In this document: piece after piece, positions 51,959 through 64,000 of the stretch
Position numbering within the stretch: position 1 is the stretch's first letter
Layout: every line of letters begins with the position of its first letter
NCBI GenBank assembly: GCA_020891255.1
Contig: BQFW01000006.1
Coordinates: 868,001 to 932,000, forward strand
From: Entomortierella parvispora E1425
Lineage: Eukaryota; Fungi; Mortierellomycota
Length of the DNA: 64,000 nucleotides
Direction of reading: 5' to 3'
Notes under the pieces: model-generated
Told to the model about the DNA's origin: nothing
The model's database searches: none
Seen by the model: only the letters and a program-made list of their open reading frames with translations
Translations under genes and position numbers: made by a program

Positions 51959-52990
51959 CTACGATTGACTGATCAAAAACTGCTGTGCAGATGCTTCATC
52001 GGGCGGATAAGCGCGTTTAAGACGATCTTGATGAACTAGGTCCGTCTTCAACTCACCATCTCCCCAGCGGAGCTGATAAGTCGACAAGGGTGTAGCGCGG
52101 ACCACTTCTAAAGGACCGTAAAAATGAGGTTGAAGTTTTGTACAGACCGAAGTTCTTGACCAGGACAAAGTCTCCAGTTGCAAACTTGCTTTCTGTAACA
52201 GTATGCTTTTCCTCATGATGGGCCACCATATCCTCTGCAGCAGTCTGCTGAGCCTGCAGATGTTGCTCTCGAAGAGCATCGATCTCTCGAAAAGTCTTGC
52301 GACGGTGTTCTGCAAAATCGTTTTGATCTTGAAAATCAAACAAAAATGGACGAACTGGGCCTTGCGGTAAACGCGGCTCAAGTCCATAAACAAGTTGAAA
52401 TGGGCTGACTTTGGTTCGCGGAGAGATGTGTACGCGACAAGCGAACAGACTCTGGTGCAGGTACTGATCCCAGCTGTGGATGTGTGTACCGATATACTTG
52501 CTCAACATGTGTCCGATAACACCATTGAGACGCTCACACTTTCCATTCGACCTTGGATGGTAAGCAGACGTAGCCTTGTGTTTGATGTGCAGCTTCTCCA
52601 AATAGCGTTGAAGAACGTCAGACATGAAGTTGGCTCCTCGGCCGCTAACAATCTCGCTAGGGCAGCCAAACTGCAAGACGATCTCTTCATAGAGAAAAGT
52701 GGCGACGGCTTCGGCTGTGGCTTCAGGCAATGCTCTTGCAATCGGCCAATTCGTGGCATGATCAATTGCGGTTATGGTCCAACGATTTCCGTTCTTGGTT
52801 GTTGGCATGCGACCAATGAAGTCAATTCCCCGACGTTTAAAAGGGTGGGCTGGTGCTAATGGATGTAATGGTGTAATAGATCGGTCACCCCCGGGCTTGA
52901 TTAACTGACAAGGTTTGCACTCGCGGACTACTGCCTTGATATCTGCTCGAAGACTGGGCCAACACAAAAAAAGTTGTGGTAATATGGTTT
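51959..52990 (-). mobile_element. Ty3/Gypsy LTR-retrotransposon remnant (integrase only, frameshifted, inactive)
   Basis: WPSLRADIKAVVRECKPCQ (Zn-binding C-half), GIDFIG, SGRG (second catalytic D replaced by G), AYHPRSNGKCERLN, then GPY/F-type HFYGPLEV and VHQDRLK in another frame. No RT/RNaseH or paired LTRs seen. Confidence 0.88.
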
Positions 52991-55021
52991 GTCACCCTCT
53001 CGGGTCTATTCGGTTCTGGAAAAAAAAAGAGGAAAGCGATTGAGCAAGGCTCTAGCTACCCTCTGAATATAGTCTGCGACGCGCGCAAAGTAGTTCCAGA
53101 AGTTGTCCACTGTAGTGTCTGTACGTATCGGATTCGACATACTCAAAGCGTCTTTGAAGAGTCTGTACGAAAGAGCCAAGGAGTTGGACATATGGTACAA
53201 GGGCCGGGGGCGGCGTGTGGCTGGTTGGCATCAAACAACGACGTTCTGTCGCGGCGATCGCTTCTGACAGGACATGGATTCCTTCTTTGACCGTGACTTG
53301 AAAACTCTTAGCTCCTCCTCCTCTATCTCATATAATAATAGCAGCTCCTGTGGGTATGATTGCCTGTATCTAAAAAAATACGCGTCGAGAGAAAGTAAAG
53401 TGTGAGAAGGCAAGGGCCGTGTTAAGGAGAGTGGCAGGGAGATTGGTATGACTAATATTTACAGGCGTGAGCAAAAGCATACCCAAATCTGGTTGTTCTC
53501 GTCACCGCGACCTGGTTCTGTTCTGGAGGTTTATACGACTGCCTTGTCACTCCAAGGATGTCGCATGCCTCAGGAACAATTGCCCAGGCTGGTCTATTGC
53601 CAATAAGACAACTCCCGGGCAATCTACAACTCCGAAGGCATTCTCAACGATCGCCTCGAGTGTCACGGACCTCAGGGGGCAGCCACCTCCCGCTCGTACC
53701 TGAGAACGAGAGACCACAAAACGATGTCGCGTCTGTTTCGGGTCAAAAAAAAAGATACATTAGCACATCAGGAGGCCAAAAAAAGACATCGTCATCGCTA
53801 CTCTCCATGTCTACCCCTGAGGAATGACATTCGAGAGAAATTAACATGCTTTTTTTTCATAATGAGGAATTACCGGAAAAAAAAAGAGGTATCGTGTTGT
53901 TGAAGGGGAACGACGAAACCCCTGCTCATTTTTTGTTTGAATATTTATTCCAGTGGTGGCCACAAAAAGGTCACGCACCACATGCAAGTCGGGCGTTGTT
54001 TCCTTGTCAAAAATAAAAATAAGAAGTTCCACTGCCTCGTCTCGAGGCAGAAGGAACCAATGGTATATGGGGTTTCTCTTGCTTGAAAAAACCAAAAAAG
54101 ATCGGTTGACGTACTCGACACTGCGTCTGACAATGTCAAATGCCCATCCTCTTTCTATGTTTCTCGCTCCAGGTTGAAATTTGCTGCAGATATCTTCAAC
54201 ACAACAGGGACTCCCTATCCGAATGAAGAGACACAAGGAAGAAGAAAAAAGTAGTTAGTGTTCCAATTCCCAACTGCACAAATGTCCAGGCACAAGTTCT
54301 TTATCCTGTTCAAGGAGAATATCATGATATGGCTTGAGAATCAACTTACATTTAAGAAAAAAAAAAAAAAAATTTAAAAAAAAGAAAAAAAAAAACCACC
54401 TCGGCGGGTGCCAACTTTCGATCAGGTTGTTGACCGTAATGACATCGCACCTCGACGAGGGTAAGTGGAAGTATCGTCGCCAGTGGGGGATATTCGAATT
54501 TCGCTATTCCCGGGTCTCCCGCCGGCCCGCGGCGAGGGGAGGAAGAGAGAAATGGGATACCCAGGCCACGGAGGGGAGTGGGGGATTCAAAGAACGTGAG
54601 AAATTAAGGAGAAAGGAAGAGAAGAGAAGAAAAGAAAGGAAAAGAAAAAGAAAAGACGAAACAAAAGGAAAAGAGCATGGTAACTCGCCATCTTTCGATG
54701 AGGGTCGCACAGAGGAGAGACACAGGGACGGTGAGCCGCCCCAAAGCAGGACGGGGGTCAACAGCGGTGGGGAAGGAAGAAAGGCAAAGAGGGAATCAAA
54801 GAAAGAGCCGTCACAGTGGCTTGGCGTTGTTTGTCTCTTTCCTCCCTCGTCGCCAAAAAAAAAAAAAAAAAAAAAAAGAAAAGAGACGCCTCACTCACCT
54901 GCGTAGAAAGACATAACAGCCATCCATCCATCCCGTCTTGTCATTCCCTTTGCTGGTCATCCTCCCCTCCCTTTTCATTCCCCTTTCCCTCACTTCCCCC
55001 CTACCCCCTTACATAACAGCC

Positions 55022-57304
55022 ATGGTCAAGCCCGCGGCCGCAAAGACTAGCTTCGGCACTCTCCAGAACCCGGACCATGTCTCGAACGCAGTCGTTATTC
55101 ACTCTTCATTCTCGCCCGATGGCGGCAGCAACTACTGCATCGTCACCCCCGGAGCTGATCACCATCGTCTCCGCATCTTCGACACCACTACTGGCACCAT
55201 CAAGAACGACTATGAGCAGAAGGAAGGCGACGGCAAGTGGACTTGTGTCCGCTGGGGCTCTCTCAACGAGGCTTCTGCCAACGGCGTATGTTTATCTTTT
55301 ATTCTTCCTTGTTTGTCCTGGATCGCAAGCCCACAAGCTCAACAGTCGACTAACTAATCCCCTCTCGTCCTTCGCTCCCACAATGCATAACTTTGTCTTT
55401 TATATAGGCATCGAAGAAGAAGAGGAGATCATCGCTTGGCAACAGCAGCCCAGTTCTTGCACTTGGACACACCAATGGACATATTTCAATCTACTCGCTT
55501 GCTCATGGCCGTGTGATCCACGAGCTCTCGGGATCACACACAGCCAAGGTCAATGACTTTTGTTTCAGCAAGAGTGGCACTCGGGGCTTCTCTGCAGGCG
55601 AGGATGGTGTGATCTGCGAATGGGACATCACTCAGGGCACCATGATGAGCAAGTTCAATGCCGATACCAAGGCTGTGAAGAAGATCCAGATCAGCCACGA
55701 TGAGACTATGATCTTGACTGCAGGACACAGCATGAAGCTTTGGGATATGGAGTCCAGAGAAATTATCAAGAACTTCACAGGACATGCCAGCGCTATTACC
55801 AATGTTGTCTTTTCCGCCAATGACAAGTTCTTGGCCTCGACGGCTGAGCAGGATCGTTTCATCAACCTCTGGGATTGCTCACGCGATAACCAACAGGAGG
55901 GCAACATCACAGGTGAGGAATTCTCTGCTCTGATGTCCACCATATCCACTGACCCAGAAGGAACACGTTTTCGATTCATTCAATGGACATTAACATTTTC
56001 TCTTTTTTATCGTTTGACTCTATCTTTTGCTAGCATTGACCTTGGACAACACTGTGACACACGTCGATATTTCAGCAAACAACTCTGTTTTGGCCATCTC
56101 AGAAGAAGGTACTGCTGGTCTCTGGCAGAACGCTCAAAGCCCCAGCGGAACTTCCAGCACCAGCACCAAGGCCAGCAAGAAGAAGAGATTTACTACCCGT
56201 GCTTGCGATTGCCTCGTCAAGATCGAGTCATCCCGTGGTGAAAAGACAGTTATCCCTCTCTTGGCTGGTATCTTTACCCCCCAGTCTTCGGGCCAGATGA
56301 TCCTTGCTCGTGGATCGACCATCAAGCCAGTATTCGAGAAGGTCGAGTTCCAGAACGAGGATGGATCATTAAAGGAGAAGGAGCTGATCATGACCCGCGC
56401 CCCCGTCACTGGATTCTTGATGGATGAGGCTGCTCAAACTGCCAGCAACGTCAAGGCTACTAAGAAGGCATATAACGAGAGCGCGGTCACCGTGGTCGGA
56501 GCTGCCGATTTCGCCATTGCAACACCAGGCATGGAGAAGGACAGCGACAATGACGATAGCGATGATGAGGAGAAAGACGCAGCCGAGTTGGAGGGACGCA
56601 CCATGGAGGAGAAGCTTCAGGATTTGGCAGTCGAGGACACTGGATCAAAAAAGAAGTCAACAAAGCAATCCAAGAACAAGTACTCGACACCCAAGGCCAA
56701 CTCTTTGCAACAAATGTTGATCCAGGCTTTGCACTCGAACGACTTGCAGCTGTTGGAGGCCTGTTTGACATTCAACAATGTGGAGGTGATCCGGAACACT
56801 GTCCGTCGTCTGCCCACGGCCTATGTGATCCCCTTCCTGACCCAGGTGATCCACAAGTTCCAACAAAAGCCCAACCGTGGTGAGGCTTTGCTCGAGTGGA
56901 TCAAGGCCGTGTTGTTGATCCATACTGCCTACTTGATGACCGTTCCAGATCTGATCAAGAAGCTGTCCAACTTTTACCAGACCTTGGATTCGCGCGTATC
57001 TGTTTTCCAAAAGTTGTTGAACTTGCATGGACGTTTGGACTTGGTCATGAGCCAGATCGAGATGCGCCAGCAATACGAAGCCGAGGACACCTCGAACGAG
57101 GCATCGACTGTGTATGTGGAGGATGAGGACGAGGAGGAGGATTTGGAGATGGATATGGAGGATGAGGACGATGAGGACGACGATCTTGTCGGTGATGCTG
57201 ACGGTTTCGAGGATGAGGAAGGTGACGATACGGATGAGGAGGATCTCGAGTCTGAGATGTCGGATGATGACGATGATGAGGAGGACTCTGAGGATGAGGA
57301 ATAG
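55022..57304 (+). CDS. UTP5: U3 snoRNA-associated protein 5 / WDR43 (WD40 + Utp12/Dip2 domain, acidic tail), 3 exons
   Basis: WD40 repeats, SLQQMLIQALHSNDLQLLEACL...WIKAVLLIHTAYL...LHGRLDL and a D/E-rich C-terminus. Confidence 0.9.
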
Positions 57305-58339
57305 ACGGTCTATTCCTTCCCTTAAACCCCTGCCGACAGACGAAACGAACGACGCAAGCATATACACCCATTCGCCCAGCACCCCTGCACACCTACACCA
57401 CCACAAACACACGCCACCATTTCGCACAACCCATTTTCCTTTCTTTTCTGCATGTAATCAATAAACCTTTTGAGAAAAAAAAGGTCATCTCCCATTGACG
57501 GCGTCCTATCCTGATGACACAGGGCAAAGCCAGGACATAAATAAGGTCGACAGAGGTGAAGTCGATATTGCTGCCTTTCTTCCCTCCTTCCTTCCTTCTA
57601 TTCCATTTCTCTATGTGATCTTGGCCTTGCAGCCGTGATTTCTCGGTAGCCTCGGCAGAGGCCAATTGGTCCAGTTGGCCGGTCCTGTCTTTGTCATTTT
57701 GAGATTGCCAACCATCTCATGTTTTTAACCCTACTCGTTGCCTCGGCCACCTATTTTCGGACTAGGGAAGATCGCCTTGCTGTCTCTAATGACACTCCTC
57801 GATACGGCGCCTGTTACGAAGCAAAGGTGAATACCAATGAGGTGTAGAGTGATTATCCAGGCTAAAGTTCTTTGAAAGAAATGGGGTTGTGGGCTTGCAC
57901 AATGGGTTCAAAGATGATCTGCTCTCAGTCGAGCGCCTTTCAATACGCATTGCCCGAAACACGACGATTCCAACAAAGTGAATTTTATTGTTTTCTGACT
58001 TGTAGTCTTGGAAATAGGCAGAGGCAGAGATGACTGTCTTGCTGAAGAAGAGTGACGATGGGACGTTATCCAGAGAGATACGATGGGCTTTGCGTGGGTT
58101 GATGTATTAACGCGTAGGCTCGAGTGCATGTACCACTCAATGACGCATGGGTTCAAGACCTCTTTTGATATGCCGCTTACGACCCACTCTTCGCCGGTAT
58201 AAAATGCAGCAGCATACCAGAGTATAGATGCCCCCCGCTCTTCCTTTTTTTTCCTCTTCCACTTTTTTTTTTTTCGTTTTTAGAAGACTTTGCTTGCATT
58301 CTTGCGTATCTCACTCTCGCGCTCTCGCCATTCTTCAGC

Positions 58340-59686
58340 ATGAAGTCACTCATATCTTCTAAGGAGTCTCTCGACAGTTCGAACACAGGAACTGCAGGAT
58401 GTGCCCAAGCAAACACCAACATTAGATTGAACACAGGCATAAGTTTCACCAATAGTCAGCTCTTCCAGAGCACTCGAGGCAGCGACGGTGCCAGCGTGGA
58501 GTTTGTGGAAGTTATCCCAGATCTGAAGGCAACAGGGAAGCAAGAAGAACCGCAGGGCAGTGAAGTAGACAGCGGCGGCGAAGAGGATGAGATGGAGAGT
58601 GACAGCCAGGAGGAGTTTGAGGAAGTTGAGAACCCCAGCTGCATCAATCCCGACTATCTCTGTCGGCCTGACACTTTATCGACTGCCAGGAGCACAAGAG
58701 ACGAGACGAGCCCTGCCAGTCCTACTCCTGAAGCCGGCATCCGCGCTCAAAACAAGGAAAGCTCTGTTGTCCATGAGACCCCAGATGTCCACTCGGATAG
58801 TAGTCTGCACAATGATAGCAGCCCTCTTGCTCGCCGCTCGCAGCGCATGGTAGTGAGTTCCGGTTCTATGCCTAATGATAGAGTATCTATGACAGAGAGC
58901 CCTGCCATCGAAGCTATCCCCTTCAACCAACTGGCCTTTAATGCTAGTAGCAGAACATCAATTCGAGCCAGGGCTGTCACTCCTGGAAACATCAATGTTG
59001 GCACCAGTCATCGTTCTCAAGGTCAGTCTGGAGATCTCGCCTCAAATGCAACTCAAGCTGACGATTGGGGCAGACCTCTCAATACCAACCCGGGTCAAAA
59101 GGGTCACACGCGGACCTTTACTTCTGTATGTCCCGTTGAGAACCGACCAATCGCCCGACTTGTCAGCGTTCCTCGATATATATCCTCAGAGTTAGGCAGA
59201 GGACGTGCCGATGATAGCCCAAGCAATATCCCAAGACTCATTGCCCCTCAGCCAGTCAGTAGCGCAGGCAATGCTGCTTTTGGCACTACTCGAAATCGTC
59301 GAAGACGCCTTCCTGCTGCATCCAGCATTCAAGGCAACCAAATTGTCATTGCCACTGCCGCAACGGGACCTTCAACATCGACCGCAACTTCTCCCGTACG
59401 TGGGGTTACATCGATCCCGATTGACCAGAATTTGGCACCAAGACTACGGTCCTTGCAACGTTGGTCCAACAGAGTCAGTATGGAGTTAACTTCGAGGAGC
59501 CATGTTCAAGAGCATTTGGCGGACCAGAGATTGAGGGCCTCGGATATGTTGTATCATCTTGGGCAGCAGCTTGGAGAGATTTCAGATCTATCGCGACGTC
59601 TGCAACGACAACAGAGGGAGATTCGAGAACGGGAAGACTCCATCCGAAAGGCCCTGGAAAGAAGAAGGGGCCGAAGACAGGAGTAA
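58340..59686 (+). CDS. Orphan hypothetical protein, 448 aa, intronless, largely disordered with C-terminal coiled coil
   Basis: Long ATG-initiated ORF, Ser/Pro/Arg-rich, ending LQRQQREIREREDSIRKALERRRGRRQE; no family recognised. Confidence 0.6.
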   Translation: MKSLISSKESLDSSNTGTAGCAQANTNIRLNTGISFTNSQLFQSTRGSDGASVEFVEVIPDLKATGKQEEPQGSEVDSGGEEDEMESDSQEEFEEVENPSCINPDYLCRPDTLSTARSTRDETSPASPTPEAGIRAQNKESSVVHETPDVHSDSSLHNDSSPLARRSQRMVVSSGSMPNDRVSMTESPAIEAIPFNQLAFNASSRTSIRARAVTPGNINVGTSHRSQGQSGDLASNATQADDWGRPLNTNPGQKGHTRTFTSVCPVENRPIARLVSVPRYISSELGRGRADDSPSNIPRLIAPQPVSSAGNAAFGTTRNRRRRLPAASSIQGNQIVIATAATGPSTSTATSPVRGVTSIPIDQNLAPRLRSLQRWSNRVSMELTSRSHVQEHLADQRLRASDMLYHLGQQLGEISDLSRRLQRQQREIREREDSIRKALERRRGRRQE

Positions 59687-60045
59687 ATGCGGGCACTCTT
59701 GTCGGTCTTTACCCTCTCCACATTTACATCGATTCGTGCCGTTTCTACCATCATCTTCTATGATTCCCAAAGATATGACATGTATATGCCATGACCATCG
59801 ACGCTAACAATGAGATCAATGAGATCAAAAATAAAAGCAGGCATGAAGCTCTTTCAAAAACCGTCTTTCTAAAAGTTGTGTGGCAATGGACTCTATACCG
59901 TTGACTCCAAATCTTCTGCACCAAAGAGCCAAAGGGAGATAGGGCACGTCGATCGACATGGCACTGTTGCAGCAATTTACTTTTTTTGAGTATTTGATCT
60001 GGTTGATTTATATTATGGTACAATTTCTCTTCTCCTTCATGTCTA

Positions 60046-60957
60046 CTATGCCATGTTGAGTTCTCCGGGTCTTTCCTTCCGAATGAGCTCAATGATGGCT
60101 GCACGGGTCTTCTTCTCAAGCTTGAGCAAACTTGGCTCGATATCACGTTTCAAATCCCAGTTTGGTTTTTTAGGTGCCAGGGAGAAAATGTCCTGTAGGA
60201 AGAAGGAGCAATTACGAAAAAGAGACTGTAAATAAAGGACCCATGTATAATGTAAAAAAGAAGCCAAGATCAAACAGGAGACTTACTACATCCTTGGCCC
60301 GCTTCTCATCCTCTTCCTGGATTACTTTCTCGACCACACCCTCCATCTTTTTCTCGACGGTGTCGCCAATATCTTTGGGGGTGGTGATCTTGGAGTCTTC
60401 TGCCTTCAATTCAGCATTGAGTGGTGTGTAGTTGCGGAACGACAGGCTATTTGAGAAGGAAATCAAGTTGAGAGATCAGTAAATCGATTCTATGATTCTT
60501 TATAGAGATGCTACGGTTGGAGCAGCAACCGCCGTTATCATTCCCAAGATTATTGCAACTCAATGCCGCTGCCGCGCACTACGCAGATTTTGAAGTCCTT
60601 CCTTTCCGCTAGGTATATCCATATGCACTTTAACGCGAAAGTCATAGAGTGGAGGCAAGTAGTCGTCATGTACTCGCTGGTAAGCATGCCTGCCCTCCTG
60701 TTCCTCTCGCTGGCCAGCACTTAATTTGGTTTGTTAGACCTTGTCTTCCTATTTGTTTTGTTGTCTTTCCCTATCCATGACCTTGGGTACGGTGGCAACA
60801 GTAACATGGCCCACCATCCCTGGTTCCTGCACTCAGATGTCATTACAAGAGCCAAGCAGTACCTGACATCCTTTTGGTCTCCGTTGCCCATCGACTCTGC
60901 TTTCCTCTTCTTGAGCTGCTCCAGTCTCTCCTTGCGCTTCCTGCTAGCTTCGTCCAT
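60046..60957 (-). CDS. cwf18: mRNA splicing factor Cwf18 / CCDC12, 3 exons
   Basis: MDEASRKRKERLEQLKKRK, LSFRNYTP and DIFSLAPKKPNWDLKRD...TRAAIIELIR. Confidence 0.9.
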
Positions 60958-60978
60958 GATGTATTTGAGGAGTGTGTA

Positions 60979-61002
60979 TGTGTGTGTGTGTGTGTGTGTG
61001 TG
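60979..61002. repeat. (TG)n microsatellite in the CWF18/MAK5 divergent region
   Basis: Direct reading. Confidence 0.9.
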
Positions 61003-61279
61003 GGTGATGCGATGAAGCAGCCAGGGCCTGCATGCATGCAAGGAGGGAGATCAAAGGCAGTCACGATTTTGTACAAGCCACCCATTCTTGTTGTGTGCCT
61101 TTCTCTTTTTTTTTTTTTTCTTTTTTTTTCCTTGCCTTGAACGCACGCACGCTTTCCTTTTCTTCTCTACGCATCGTCTCGTCAGCATTCTCCTCCGTTG
61201 ACATTCACTCACCTCCCATCCCCTTCGACTCTCTTCCTTCTCTCCCCCATTTCCATCCTCCATCCCTTTCTCCACAGCA

Positions 61280-64000
61280 ATGTCCTGGATTGTTCAAGAC
61301 GCCCCGGCCGCAGAGCCTGTGAAGCGTTCAAACGCAAAGAGGAAAAAGGGCTCCTTTGCCGCTGCCAACGCCACCACCGACAGTACACCCGACCTTGTCG
61401 CCAACAATGAAGACCACGCCTCCACTGGCAAGGCCGCCAAGGAGGAGGAAAAGAAGGAACCCTCGAAATCACAACGCAAACGTGCCCGCCACCAAGGATC
61501 CACTGCCAACATGACCGAGGATGAAAAGAACTGGAGCCAGATCTCGCTTATGAACGTTCCCGCCATGCCTCCCTCGCCTGAACTTACTCCTTTCACCGGA
61601 TCCAAGAAGGCCAAGACTGCCGACAACAACAAGACCACTGCCAGCAACAACAACAAGCCGGCCGCCAAAAAGCAATCAAATACCAAGAACAACAAGAAGG
61701 GAGGAAAGAAGGGCGACAACGGTCAGATTGTGGTCGCAGACTATGGCAAGATTGATGATTGGGGCTGGACCCCAGTTCAAACCGAAGGCATGCTCATGGA
61801 CGACATGGAGGGCTTTTTGTGTCTCGAGGAATTGGACGATGTCGAGGTTGCATATGAGGGTACCGAAGCCACCGGAAAGACTGTTATCTTTAAGGTAAAA
61901 AAACGTGAAGATTGAAAAAAAGACTCTCCCCCCTCCATCCATATAGAACTTGTGTAGACTAACATTAAGGTGGATATTCTCTCTAGCATGACCCAACTGC
62001 CGCTGCCAAAAAGAAGGGAAAGAACACTAAGCACTCAGAGCCATTGTCAGTTGACGATACCGAGGTCTATTATGATATCGATACTTTTGACGAGGATGAA
62101 TTGATCAAGCAGCAACAGGAGCAAGCAGCAAATGGAGATCAGGATACCATCATGAGCGAGCCTACGGGTACAAATGAAGAAAAGGACGCGACCATGAGCA
62201 TGGATGTCGATGAGAAGGTTGAGGAGGTCGCCAAGAAGCCTGTTAAGGAGCAAAAAAAGAAGGAAAAGAAGGAGCAACCCAAGAAGGAGGTCGCCGCCGT
62301 AGAAACCGCCACAGAGGAGAACAAGACTGAGGAAGCAACCACCACCGGGGAGGCCAAGGAACCTAAGGAGAAGAAATTGTCCAAGAAGGAGAAGCAGGCT
62401 TTGAAGGCTGCTGAGTATAAGGCCAAGCGTGAGGCGATCAAGGCAGAGAAGGCCGCATTGAAGAAGCCTGAGGAGCCAAAAGTCCCATACAACCCCATGG
62501 ATGGTGTTGACATCAGTAAGTTACTTTGTTTTACCAAGGCTCTTTGAGGAATACAGTATGGACAGCGTGACTAATCGGCTTTTCTTTGTTCTAGACTTTG
62601 ATATTTCCGCTTGGAAGGACTACAAGTTCTCGCCAATGATTGAGAATGCCCTCAAAAAGGCCAAGTTCACAAAGCCATCCCCTATCCAGGCAGAAGCCCT
62701 TCCTCTAGGCCTTGCTGGTCGCGACGTTGTTGGTGTTGCCGAGACTGGTTCAGGAAAGACTTTGGCCTTTGGATTGCCTATAGTGGAGTGCCTGGCCAAG
62801 CAAGCAATGATGGCCGCTGAGAGCAATGGTCCTTTGAGCGAGTCTTTGACGGCCTTGATCTTGACCCCCACCCGTGAGTTGGCTATTCAGGTTAAGGAGC
62901 ATTTGGTGGCGTTTACACAGTTCACAGGACACCACGTCGTCCCCATTGTTGGAGGTATGTCGATCCAGAAACAGACTCGTCAGCTGGACCGCAACCCAGC
63001 CATCATTGTCGCCACCCCCGGACGTCTCTGGGAATTGATTTCGACCAACCCTACCTATTCCGAGCGTTTGGTTCATACTCGTTTCTTGGTTCTCGATGAG
63101 GCCGATCGCATGTTGGAATCAGGCCATTTCCAGGAATTGACCAACATCTTGAAACTGTTGGAGCGTAAGCGCGAGAAGACCAGTGACTGGGACCAGCACA
63201 CCAAGACCGCTGCCGCCGCTGCTGCTCAGGAGGAGGCCCTTACTGAGGAGGGTGCCGTTGTCGAGGCTGAGGACTTGAAGAAGAAGAGACAGGCTAACTT
63301 TGCGGCCACATCCATTGCCAGAGACGACTATGAGTGGAACCGTCAAACTTTCATCTTCACCGCTACTCTTAGCAAGGAGCTGAGCTTGAACTTGTCCAAG
63401 AAGAAGAACCGTGCCAAGAGCATGGAGCATCAGACTGCCGAGGGCACAATGGAGGATTTGATGGAGCGTCTCGAGTTCCATGACGAGACTCCTGCTTTTG
63501 TCAACATCCGCACGGATAAGATTGTGGCGTCAACCCTGTTGGAGGCCAAGATTGACTGCTTGACGGCAGAGAAGGATTTGTACTTGTACTACTTTGCGAT
63601 GAAGTACCCCGGTCGCACCTTGGTATTTGTCAACTCTATCGATGCAATCCGTCACTTGGTGCCCATGATGCAGTTGTTGGGTGTGGATGCTTTGGGAATG
63701 CACGCCCAGATGCAGCAGCGTCAACGTCTCAAGAACTTGGATCGATTCAAGTCGAACCCAAGAGCATTTATGATTGCCTCAGATGTGGCAGCCCGTGGAT
63801 TGGATATTCCACTGGTGGACCATGTCATCCACTATCAGGTGCCTCGCTCTGGTGACATCTATGTCCATCGCAGTGGTCGTACCGCTCGTGCTCAGAACGA
63901 GGGTATCTCTCTTTTGATCTGCGGACCTGATGAGGTCAATCTGTACAAGAAGATTTGCGTGACACTCAAGAAGGAGAATGGTATCCCCGAGTTCCCTGTG
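61280..64000 (+). CDS. MAK5: DEAD-box RNA helicase MAK5/DDX24, 5' part; runs off the window end
   Basis: After two introns: FTKPSPIQ (Q motif), AETGSGKTLAF, PTRELA, DEADRM, FIFTATL, SDVAARGLDIP and HRSGRTARA; N-terminal acidic segment (GFLCLEELDDV) typical of Mak5/DDX24. Confidence 0.92.

Noticed and set aside
51470-54300. LTR pair around the Gypsy integrase
   Set aside because: No repeated sequence found by eye on the two sides.
58122-58161. tRNA-like anticodon hairpin followed by GGTTCAAG
   Set aside because: No T-stem pairing, no acceptor stem or D-arm, and the loop lacks U33.

Overview
Eukaryotic, gene-dense, intron-containing fungal DNA. Short GT-AG introns, a CotH kinase, NEDD1/BORCS6/LARP4-type genes and long CT/GA-rich leaders suggest an early-diverging fungus, probably Mortierellaceae/Mucoromycota (inference; no taxonomic marker gene is in the window). 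About 20 recognisable genes were reconstructed by hand-splicing: NEDD1, HPP protein, DUF1640, PAB1, PDK/BCKDK-type kinase, peroxisomal-type MDH, RBM26/27, PPR, COA3, BORCS6, TAD3, GAL7, LARP4-like, RAB5, Nrd1/Mrn1, a bacterial-type glutamate/dicarboxylate symporter, UTP5, CWF18 and partial MAK5/DDX24. There is also a CotH pseudogene, a Ty3/Gypsy integrase remnant and several orphan ORFs. The most unusual part is an accessory island at 26.3-30.6 kb. It holds (i) a 59-aa secreted peptide with a CCCC-x8-C-x8-CxC-x4-C cysteine frame that the ORF track missed, (ii) a 182-aa orphan, and (iii) a triplicated segment (A> B> <C) forming a 150-bp, 98%-identical inverted repeat just upstream of that orphan. 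Other highlights: a GltP-like symporter that looks horizontally acquired, two GC-AG introns in RAB5, and a structured 607-nt intron plus an A-rich leader in PAB1. No tRNA, rRNA or CRISPR array was found by eye.
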